Translations under genes and position numbers: made by a program
Assembly: GCA_963706025.1 (NCBI GenBank)
Contig: CAVPLM010000005.1
Coordinates: 1,120,001-1,184,000, forward strand
Source: an uncultured Actinomycetes bacterium
GTDB lineage: Bacteria; Actinomycetota; Thermoleophilia; RBG-16-64-13
Length of the DNA stretch: 64,000 nucleotides
Direction of reading: 5' to 3'
Shown here: positions 44,159-52,224 of the stretch, one piece after another
Layout of the letters: each line of letters begins with the position of its first letter
Numbering within the stretch: the stretch's first letter is position 1
Notes under the pieces: generated by a model
Told to the model about the DNA's origin: nothing
The model's input: only the letters and a program-made list of their open reading frames with translations
The model's database searches: none

Positions 44159-45484
44159 CTAGAGCGATTTCTCGTTCTCGGCTATGGATTCCTCGAGGAT
44201 ATCCAGAGCTTTGTCGGCTTCCTCATCGGTCAAGACCAGAGGCGGCTTGAGCTTGATGATATTGCCGTTGCCGCGCGCGCCGTTGGTGCCGAACAGTGCC
44301 CCCTTGCCGAGAGCCAGACCGAATATGTTCCCGGCCCCCGCATACCACGGCTCCTTGGTGGCCTTGTCCTTGACGATCTCGACGCCGATGAACAGACCCA
44401 TAGACCGGACATCGCCTATGGACTTGTACTTGGGCATCATCTCGTTCAGCCGCTTGGACAACCGTTCACCCTGCCGCGCCGCTTTTTCGGGTAGCTTCTC
44501 CTCGTTGATGACGTCGATGGTCGCGATCCCGGCCGCGCAGGAGATCGGGCTCCCGCCGAAGGTGAAGATGTGCCACTGGTCGTCGATGATGTTCTCGGGG
44601 AGGAGGCCTTCCCTGATCACGGTGGCTGCGATGGGCATGCCGCCACCTATGGCCTTGGACGTGGTGAAGATGTCGGGTTCAACGTCGAAGTACTCGGACG
44701 CCCACCACTTGCCGGAGCGTCCGACCCCGGTCTGAACCTCGTCCAAGATGTAAAGGACGCCGAACTCGTCGCAGATCTCGCGTATGCGCTTGAAGTAGCG
44801 CTTGGGCGGGACCATGTGTCCGCCGTTACCAGGGACCGGCTCCTGTAGGAAGGCCGCCACGTTGCCGGCGGAGCCGTACTTGATGGCGTAGCGAAGCGCC
44901 TCGGCGCATTCGAGATTGCACTTGTCGGGCCCCGGCTGGCCGAAATAGCAGCGATAGCAGTAGGCGTTGGGGATCTGATGGAACCCGGGGAAGCGGGGCC
45001 AGGGGCCGACCCGGCTGTAGGATTGACCCAGCAACGACAGCTCGGCAAGCGTGCCGCCGTGGTACGAGAAATAGGTCGAGATCACTTCGTTCTTGCCGGT
45101 GGAGAGCATCGCCATCTTCAGGGCCACTTCGTTGGCCTCAGAACCGCCGCTGGAGATGTACATCTTGCAGTTGTTCTTCATCTTACCCGGGGCGACGGCG
45201 GCGAGTTTCTCCGCGAAGACGATCCGGACATCGTTGACGAAGGAAGTCAAGATGTGGAACGACCTGTCCGCCTGCTCCTTGACTGCCGCCACGACCTTGG
45301 GATGGCAGTGCCCGATCCCGACCACCCCGGCCGTCTGAGACAGCATGTCGATGTACTCTTTGCCGTCGCAATCCCAGAACTTGGAGCCCAGCCCCTTCAC
45401 GACGTTGATGGGGATGTTGCCCCAGCCGTGGGTCAGGTACTTGCTGTCACGTTTACAAGCGTCTTGCGTTGACATCTCTGGCAT
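44159..45484 (-). CDS. Class III PLP aminotransferase (omega-amine/GABA-AT or phospholyase-like)
   Basis: GHCHP, SGGSEANE, YHG, EPVPG, DEVQTGVGRSG, SKAIGGG, FTFGG. Confidence 0.88.
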   Translation of the reverse strand: MPEMSTQDACKRDSKYLTHGWGNIPINVVKGLGSKFWDCDGKEYIDMLSQTAGVVGIGHCHPKVVAAVKEQADRSFHILTSFVNDVRIVFAEKLAAVAPGKMKNNCKMYISSGGSEANEVALKMAMLSTGKNEVISTYFSYHGGTLAELSLLGQSYSRVGPWPRFPGFHQIPNAYCYRCYFGQPGPDKCNLECAEALRYAIKYGSAGNVAAFLQEPVPGNGGHMVPPKRYFKRIREICDEFGVLYILDEVQTGVGRSGKWWASEYFDVEPDIFTTSKAIGGGMPIAATVIREGLLPENIIDDQWHIFTFGGSPISCAAGIATIDVINEEKLPEKAARQGERLSKRLNEMMPKYKSIGDVRSMGLFIGVEIVKDKATKEPWYAGAGNIFGLALGKGALFGTNGARGNGNIIKLKPPLVLTDEEADKALDILEESIAENEKSL

Positions 45485-45731
45485 CGGATAACTCCTATCG
45501 CTCGAGGTCAGCAGGTCCATGATGGCCGCGGTCACCCGGGATGCGTCGGGCACATACGGCCTCCGCGAACGAACTGCCCCACCCACAGTGAGGCATTCAC
45601 CCGCAGAATACCATCGGGACTCCGAGTTGTAAGTCGGGGTTTATCATAGTTCAATCCCCGCAATAAGCTATAATGGCCCGGGGAGACAGGTCGCGGGCTG
45701 AAGGATCCGATGCGACAGGGACGGAGGAAGT

Positions 45732-47327
45732 GTGCGCGCAGTGGCGGACACTGCACAGATTCGACAGGCTCTGACGACAGTGCTGGGGTGGCGGAGCGCT
45801 CCTGCGCTCGCCGTCAGCCACGACGCAGTTGTGGTGAAATCAAGCCGACCCGGCGTTGACGCGGCAGAACTTGGAGCAGACTCCCTAATGTCTCGAGCGT
45901 TCGAATTCGGCGGCATGTCTCTCCGGCTGGTCACCGACTCCCTCGTCGGTAATGAGCCGATGAAAGAGATACCAACGATCGTTATCGATACGATGCTCAG
46001 GAGTATTGTCCAAGCGCATTTCGCCGTGTGGTACGTGTGGCATGTTCCCACGGGGACGATAATCGTCCCGGGCATGCAGGAGTTGCTGGACATACCAAAC
46101 CGCGACGTGCCCACGATCGTCGAAGAGTGGTTCGCGCGCGTGCATCCCCAGGACCTCGCCAGGATGGTCGCCGAGAACGACGAAGCACTTCGTGCCAATT
46201 CCGCCTTTCGAAGCGAGTATCGACTGCGCCGCAGCAGCGGCAGCTACATCTCGGTCAGCGATTGGGGAATCGTCATTGCCGGAGATGATGGGAACGCAGA
46301 GTGGATGGCTGGAGGGCTGCGTGATATCACCGTTGAGAAAAGCCTCGCCCAAGCCCGCGAGGAGTCGGCCGGGCTTCGCGAGGGGCTATTCCAGAAGGCT
46401 CTCATGCCCGCTTTCTTGATAGACGGGAGCGGCTTGGTGGTCGACGCCAGCCAGTCCGCAACGAGTCTCTTCCGCGCGCCACGCGACATGCTCTTGGGGC
46501 AACCTGCCACCGCACTCTTCCCTGAAGACCTGATCTGGAGAACAAGGGGCCCGGGTGTTTCCGAAACGGCCAAGGGGGATGTCCCACAGGCTCGCGAGAT
46601 CGAGGTGGAGATCGGGGGCACCCGTAAGTGGCTCCTTTCTACGGTGGTGCCGTTCGTCGTCGGAAACGAGCAGATGGCGTTCGTGCTCGGTGTCGATGTG
46701 ACCGAGCGCAAGCGTGTCGTCAAGGCCCTCGCCGAGTCCGAGGCCGCCCTTAGAGAGAAGACACGCGAACTTGAGAGGCACAACGTGGCGCTCCAGGTCC
46801 TCATGGAGCAGAGACGCCGCGACCTCGAAGAGCGTGGACGGGTCCTGGCGGAGAACATCGAACGACTCGTGTTACCTACGTTGGACCGCCTTGGCGTCGC
46901 CTTCTCTGAGCATCCAGAGGCCTCTCTTCTCGAGGTCGTGAAACAGACTCTCAACGAAATCGCGAGCCCGCTGCTGGGGACTACTGGTTCTCGGCTGGCC
47001 CAGTCGCACGGTCTCACCCGGCGAGAGCACGAGGTTCTACAGCTCGTTAGGGTTGGCAAGACAACGTCGGAAATCGCCCGTGTCCTGCACTTGTCGCCTG
47101 CCACCGTGACCTTCCATCGTGGCAACATTCGGCAGAAGCTCGGACTTCATGGAACGGGCGCCAGTCTGTCCCAAGTTACGGTCAGCACCGTGACCGTTCC
47201 GGCGGAGACGACCTCACGGGCGGATGTCCTCACCCGGCCAGAGAGCGCCCTCGAACCGGATGTAGTTGCGCTGCTCAGGCTCGTCGACCAAGAGGGCAGC
47301 AACGACATGCCGCCCGTAGAGCCGTAG
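45732..47327 (+). CDS. PAS-PAS-LuxR HTH transcriptional regulator (start uncertain)
   Basis: VHPQD, EYRLRR..G.Y, DITVEK, DVTERK, LTRREHEVL...GKTTSEIA..L.LS..TV.FHR.NI..KLG. Confidence 0.85.
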   Translation: MRAVADTAQIRQALTTVLGWRSAPALAVSHDAVVVKSSRPGVDAAELGADSLMSRAFEFGGMSLRLVTDSLVGNEPMKEIPTIVIDTMLRSIVQAHFAVWYVWHVPTGTIIVPGMQELLDIPNRDVPTIVEEWFARVHPQDLARMVAENDEALRANSAFRSEYRLRRSSGSYISVSDWGIVIAGDDGNAEWMAGGLRDITVEKSLAQAREESAGLREGLFQKALMPAFLIDGSGLVVDASQSATSLFRAPRDMLLGQPATALFPEDLIWRTRGPGVSETAKGDVPQAREIEVEIGGTRKWLLSTVVPFVVGNEQMAFVLGVDVTERKRVVKALAESEAALREKTRELERHNVALQVLMEQRRRDLEERGRVLAENIERLVLPTLDRLGVAFSEHPEASLLEVVKQTLNEIASPLLGTTGSRLAQSHGLTRREHEVLQLVRVGKTTSEIARVLHLSPATVTFHRGNIRQKLGLHGTGASLSQVTVSTVTVPAETTSRADVLTRPESALEPDVVALLRLVDQEGSNDMPPVEP

Positions 47328-47352
47328 CTTCAAGACTAGACTCGAACGTACT

Positions 47353-48141
47353 CTACATCAGGTGCTCGGCGCGCTCCACCTCTTCGACGTCGTTGTACCA
47401 CTTCTTCTTGGTGCCCACCCTGGCCCTGAGCTTCCAGCCGACCGACTTCGGCTCCTTCTCGATCATGTCGAGCAACTCGCTGATGCGGCCGGAGATGATT
47501 TCACGGTCGTCTGGAGACAAGACCTCGTAGTTTCCCAGGTGTGATTTCACCTTGTTCAGATTGGTCGTGGACGTGTGGTAGAAGCCCCAGTCCTTGCACA
47601 AGATCCAGCTTAGGTACGCGCCGTTGATGACCTCGTTGTCATGGTTACCGATCTCATGCTCCCGAAGCAGCATCATCAGATCTATGACGTCCTTTTCATT
47701 GATATGGACGATCTGCAGCTTCTCCAGCATCAGATCCGCCAAGCTGAGGGTCAGCTTGTCGATCTCCAGACGCCCCTTCTCCCAACTCACGACGTGGCAC
47801 ATGTTCAGCTTGTCGAAGAAGACGTCGATGTGAGGTCGCGCGTCCCCGGGGTCGTCGTAAATCTTCCGGCCCATCATGAGACCGGGCGTCAGGGCCGCCT
47901 GCTGCGACACGAACCCCAGGTCATTCACGAAGAACTTGTCTATCGCCTTCTCCTGCTTGTAGTAGGCGGCGAAATCGAGGTCCGTCAGGACCCGATGCAT
48001 CGAGATCTGGAGGTGCTGATAGAGAGGGCAGTGAACGCGAAACGCCATGGCCCCCAGCAACCGAAGGTGAATACCCTTCTCCTCGGCTGAAGCGATGATG
48101 TCCAGCGCGAGTCTTTCGCACTCCTCGTATTCTAGTGCCAT
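47353..48141 (-). CDS. Hypothetical protein with nucleotidyltransferase-like signature
   Basis: LRLLGAMA...TDLDF (G..DxD) and IDVF third acidic residue; LEKLQI..INEKD. Confidence 0.6.
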   Translation of the reverse strand: MALEYEECERLALDIIASAEEKGIHLRLLGAMAFRVHCPLYQHLQISMHRVLTDLDFAAYYKQEKAIDKFFVNDLGFVSQQAALTPGLMMGRKIYDDPGDARPHIDVFFDKLNMCHVVSWEKGRLEIDKLTLSLADLMLEKLQIVHINEKDVIDLMMLLREHEIGNHDNEVINGAYLSWILCKDWGFYHTSTTNLNKVKSHLGNYEVLSPDDREIISGRISELLDMIEKEPKSVGWKLRARVGTKKKWYNDVEEVERAEHLM

Positions 48142-48170
48142 ATCCTTCGCATTCCCCCTCTACCTTAGAA

Positions 48171-48328
48171 CTCGTTTCGGAATGAAGTCTTGGCCGCCTC
48201 ATTCCGCGCTGGGCGGAGCGATCCATCGTCCTCAGTCGCGCCCGTAGCGCTGCTACGACCTCTCCCTGCGTCCTCGCCTCACTCGCGCCGATCGCACCCT
48301 GTCGGCAAAGACTTCATTCCGAAACGAG
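48171..48328. mobile_element. MITE/REP-like non-coding element with 21-bp perfect terminal inverted repeats
   Basis: CTCGTTTCGGAATGAAGTCTT (48171-48191) and its exact reverse complement (48308-48328); internal CGTAGC-gct-GCTACG palindrome. Confidence 0.6.
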
Positions 48329-48392
48329 CTTTTGTGGACCTAACCCGAATTCAGATTGGTGATCACTATTCGCCGCGCGAGACAAGCACATC

Positions 48393-49349
48393 TTATCCAG
48401 AGGTGAAGGTCACGCTTTTGATGCCTTTCTTTTCGATATCCACTATGACGCCTCTCAACACCCCTTCACCATATTCACTGCCTGGATTGAGGCACACTGT
48501 GCGCCCCAGCTTCTGTGTCCCTCTGCTCTCGTGTATGTGACCGTGCAACCCCAGTCGGGGCTGGTACTTGTCTATGGCCTGGCGGACGGCGCGGCTGCCA
48601 ACCGGGACCATGTGCGGTTTACCGCCCAGCTCGAGGGTGGGCCGCATCTGGTCGTCTAGTTGCGGAGCTTGGTCCAGCACGGTGTCGCGGGGTGGACAGT
48701 GGAAGTTGAAGATGCAGTGCTCGAAATCCTTGACCTGGCCGGCCATCGAGTCGATTATGGCCTCGAGTTGCTCCTCCGGAACGTCCCGCGGGCATCGCCA
48801 CGGCGTGATGTTGCCGTAGCCGGTACTGATCATCGTGTAGTACTCGTCGATCTGAATAACCTTACCTTCGGGATTCGAAGCGTTGGTGCCGCCGTCGAAG
48901 AGCTCATCGATGTAGAACTCATCGTCGTTGCCGGGCTGGACGTAGCATCTGATATTGGTTCCCTCCAATCGTTCCTCGGCGAATTGGAGAGACTCCCTGA
49001 TGCGCTCCTTCATTAGACGCGTGAAGATGGCGTCTTGAGCTGCGGAATCGCCGGCAAGTGCTTCCAGCTCCTCCGGGTCGGTCATATACGGGTAGTAGCC
49101 CATGTCGATGATGTTCCGCTTGAACGCCTCGAGCTGCTCTCCCTCCTTGACCACGTGCTCGCGATCGAGGTGATTGATCTTGAACGACCCATCGGATTGT
49201 CGCACGAACGGGATGACCTTTTTGCCGGTGATGTCTCCCCCCAGAATGATCACCTGGGCCTCGTAGAACTTACCGGCGTTGATGAACTTCCTGAAGCAGA
49301 CGTTGGACCCGTGCGTGTCGGTGGCGAAAAAGACGCGCGTTACTCCCAT
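48393..49349 (-). CDS. Calcineurin-like metallophosphoesterase (Icc-related)
   Basis: DTHG, GGDITG, PGNDD, FHCPP, HGHIHE. Confidence 0.88.
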   Translation of the reverse strand: MGVTRVFFATDTHGSNVCFRKFINAGKFYEAQVIILGGDITGKKVIPFVRQSDGSFKINHLDREHVVKEGEQLEAFKRNIIDMGYYPYMTDPEELEALAGDSAAQDAIFTRLMKERIRESLQFAEERLEGTNIRCYVQPGNDDEFYIDELFDGGTNASNPEGKVIQIDEYYTMISTGYGNITPWRCPRDVPEEQLEAIIDSMAGQVKDFEHCIFNFHCPPRDTVLDQAPQLDDQMRPTLELGGKPHMVPVGSRAVRQAIDKYQPRLGLHGHIHESRGTQKLGRTVCLNPGSEYGEGVLRGVIVDIEKKGIKSVTFTSG

Positions 49350-49366
49350 GCATGTCAACCTATTCC

Positions 49367-49397
49367 GGGCTGGGTCGGGGAGCTCCCGACCCAGCCC
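49367..49397. terminator. 13-bp GC-rich hairpin between the permease and phosphoesterase genes
   Basis: GGGCTGGGTCGGG-gagct-CCCGACCCAGCCC. Confidence 0.5.
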
Positions 49398-49443
49398 ATT
49401 TTGACTACCAATACCCTGAGACTCCAGTCACCGAAAGATTACC

Positions 49444-51072
49444 TCAGTCAGGCGGAATCGTCTTGAAGCGCTTGTCCATCGACACACCCTTGCTTTTCTG
49501 CCAGATCGTGGCGATGAAGTAGATGACGATGGGAAGCAGGATGAAGAAGAGCGCCGTATACAGGAGGTTCTTGGTGTTCATGGTAGGAGTCGTGCCCGTT
49601 AGGAACGTGGCGTAGACGGTGACCCCGGCCACGATAGCCCCTATGGTTCCGAGAATAGTGATGACTGGTATGCCGAGGAATCTCGACTGCACAAGAGCCG
49701 GGGACTTCTCGAAGATGTCCTTGCGAACGTACGGGAACACCATGGCGGCGATACCGAGGATAAACCAGCCGACCATCCAGATGGTCACCGTGTAGGTGAT
49801 GTAGGCGTACCAGGTGGTGAAGGTCGACACGGTCAGTACCAGCCAGGCGATAACGAAGGCCACAAGAACGCAGCGGTTCGGAGAGCCGTTTCGAGAGACC
49901 TTGTTCATCCACGCGGGCAGCAGGCCGTCAAAGGAGAAGGCAAACAGGTTCCGGACCGGACCGAAGGACAGCCCGAGGATACCACCCCAGGTGGCGACCA
50001 TGAAGCCGATGGGGCCGGCGAGAGCTACCAGGAACCAGTTCTGGGTCATCCACACGACCTGATAGCTGATGAGCGGGTATGTGCCGATAAGCGCGCTGGC
50101 CCCTCCCGCGCTCTCCAGGGTGGCCAGGGTCCGGATCGTGTCTTCGCCAAGGCCGTAGTTCGCCACCGAGGAGAAGACGATCCAGTACACGAAGAAGAGG
50201 GCCATAGACCCCAGTTGGGCGAGGGGCATGGCCACGTTGACCTTCTTGATCTCGCCGGAGATGTTGGCGGCATAGGTGGACCCCAGAGTGCTCAGGTTCA
50301 CGAAAGCGAGACCGGCCCAAACGGTGGCCGCGATGGCGAACGGCGGCAGGCCTCCCATATCGTTCAACGTGGCCGTCACATCGGACCACTTGAGGTTCTG
50401 GAGGGCCTCGAATCCGGCGATGGTTTGGGCTTCCCCCGCAGACAGAGCGACCGCGATGAACGCGATCAACATAGCCCACTGGATGACGAGGACGACCCAC
50501 ATGGCCCTCATCACGTGCTTGGTGCCCATAGCCATGACGCCGAATGCTATGGCAAGGACCCCTGAGGCCAGGAGCCATATCGCCCATCTGTTGTCTGGAG
50601 TCGTGATGCTGAGATACTGGCCCCATTTGATGAGAGTCTCGTTTTGCGTCGCCAGTCCCTCTGCCAGGAAGAAGTTGCCGAACCCCCAGTTCACGAGCCA
50701 CTGGGAGAGCAGCCCCGACCAGTTGATGCCCACGATGGTGAGGGTCCAGGACGCGATAAAGCCCAAAAGCGGGTGCAGGATACGACTGACATAGATGTAC
50801 TCGCCGCCGGACCTCGGCATGCTGAGCGACATGAACACGTAGACGGCGGCGATCGGGAAGAGCAGGAGGATGGTGAAGCTTGCCCAGAACCCGTTGGCAC
50901 CGAGATAGAGCGTCTGTTGCTGAGTGTAGTAGAGGAACGCAAACGTCATCGTCGGGCAGACAAAGGCGTAGACCAGAGCGCTCCACGGACTGACCGATCT
51001 CGTCAGGCCGGAGGCGCGCCGCACGAACAGTTCCCCTCCTGTTCCTTGTCCTTCCTTGCTTTCTGTTGCCAT
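49444..51072 (-). CDS. APC-family amino acid/amine permease
   Basis: FVRRASGLTR, MPRSGGEYIYVSR, ISGEIK, RNLFAFSFDGLLP, many TM helices, IPPD end. Confidence 0.88.
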   Translation of the reverse strand: MATESKEGQGTGGELFVRRASGLTRSVSPWSALVYAFVCPTMTFAFLYYTQQQTLYLGANGFWASFTILLLFPIAAVYVFMSLSMPRSGGEYIYVSRILHPLLGFIASWTLTIVGINWSGLLSQWLVNWGFGNFFLAEGLATQNETLIKWGQYLSITTPDNRWAIWLLASGVLAIAFGVMAMGTKHVMRAMWVVLVIQWAMLIAFIAVALSAGEAQTIAGFEALQNLKWSDVTATLNDMGGLPPFAIAATVWAGLAFVNLSTLGSTYAANISGEIKKVNVAMPLAQLGSMALFFVYWIVFSSVANYGLGEDTIRTLATLESAGGASALIGTYPLISYQVVWMTQNWFLVALAGPIGFMVATWGGILGLSFGPVRNLFAFSFDGLLPAWMNKVSRNGSPNRCVLVAFVIAWLVLTVSTFTTWYAYITYTVTIWMVGWFILGIAAMVFPYVRKDIFEKSPALVQSRFLGIPVITILGTIGAIVAGVTVYATFLTGTTPTMNTKNLLYTALFFILLPIVIYFIATIWQKSKGVSMDKRFKTIPPD

Positions 51073-51364
51073 AAATCCACCTCTCTTCAGACACCATTGC
51101 AGTCTAGAGGTCGACACAGTACCGGCCTTAGCCAAGGGACGATATGCAGGAGTTCTTGTCTGTCGTCAGCCTGTCGGCACCGGCGCCGGAACCGATAACT
51201 CAAACTTCCCCGTTCAACTGACCCGGGTCCGCCGCGGTAGGTAAGGCGATCACAGACTACCCCCCTCCTGTCTCACCTCCCTTCCGTCCCCAATCCGGTT
51301 TCTGGGGCGCTCAGGAAACAGTCCCCTTCGTGATCTCAGGTCGGACCGCTCTGGAGCTAAAGCG

Positions 51365-51393
51365 ACTGTACACAACGGAACGCATCCCCGCAA
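51365..51393 (-). promoter_or_regulatory. Sigma70-type promoter for the permease operon
   Basis: Minus strand TTGCGG-17 nt-TACAGT, about 290 nt upstream of the permease ATG. Confidence 0.45.
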
Positions 51394-51567
51394 GAGTTTT
51401 TTGCCTTGTCCTGCGGTGCAGTAACCGTGGAGTCTTCCCGGCTTTGGAGGCATGAGGGGGCCCCGCCATCCGGACACTCCGGTTGTTGTCCTCGCAGCGG
51501 TTCAAGCTGTACAGTGAAGCGCGCGACAAGCTGACGCGACAGTAAGACCTTGGGGAGAGATCGACTC

Positions 51568-52224
51568 ATGGGGTTGTTCCGGCGAACAAAGGAAGAAGAC
51601 CGGAAGCAGACAGCGGTGCTGTTGGAGGATCAGCACCTCATGCACCGGATAGACTCCTTCCGGTCAGGCGAGTGGCAGGGAGACAGGGACAAGCACCCCG
51701 ACATCTGCCGTAGCTGCGGGTGGATCGAGCCGGGCTTTCGCTACTGTAGGCGTTGCGGGCAGGAGATAAGGCGTAAGGCCAAATACGGTGGCTTCTATGG
51801 TGGCTTCTGGTTCCAAGAGGTAACAGGCGAGGGAGACGGGCAAGAGGCACTTGAGCGAGTGGTGGCCGAAGCGGAGCGGGAGGCGGACGGGGGTGTGCGT
51901 AAGTGGGTGAACGCCATTCTCGTCCCAGAACCCGATAACAGGGACGACAAGAACGCGGTCAAGGTCATTGTGCTTCACGGGGAAGATCTGGATCACGTGG
52001 GTCACATCCCCCGGGATGAAGCGCCCGACTTTCAGAAGGTATGCCTTCAGGTGTATGCGGCGCACCAGAGATTCGTCGCATGCAAGGGGTTGATCCAAGG
52101 CGGCTGCCAGCGCGAGCACGGCCTCACCGAGTCTTACGGGATCCGGCTGCTGCTGCCTCTCCCGCAGAACATGCTCAACGCGACGAACGCGGCACTGGTG
52201 CTACGACCGGAAGGGGTCGTCTGA
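51568..52224 (+). CDS. HIRAN-domain protein with N-terminal zinc ribbon
   Basis: CRSCG...YCRRCG; LVPEPDNRDDKNAVKV...VGHIPR. Confidence 0.7.
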   Translation: MGLFRRTKEEDRKQTAVLLEDQHLMHRIDSFRSGEWQGDRDKHPDICRSCGWIEPGFRYCRRCGQEIRRKAKYGGFYGGFWFQEVTGEGDGQEALERVVAEAEREADGGVRKWVNAILVPEPDNRDDKNAVKVIVLHGEDLDHVGHIPRDEAPDFQKVCLQVYAAHQRFVACKGLIQGGCQREHGLTESYGIRLLLPLPQNMLNATNAALVLRPEGVV

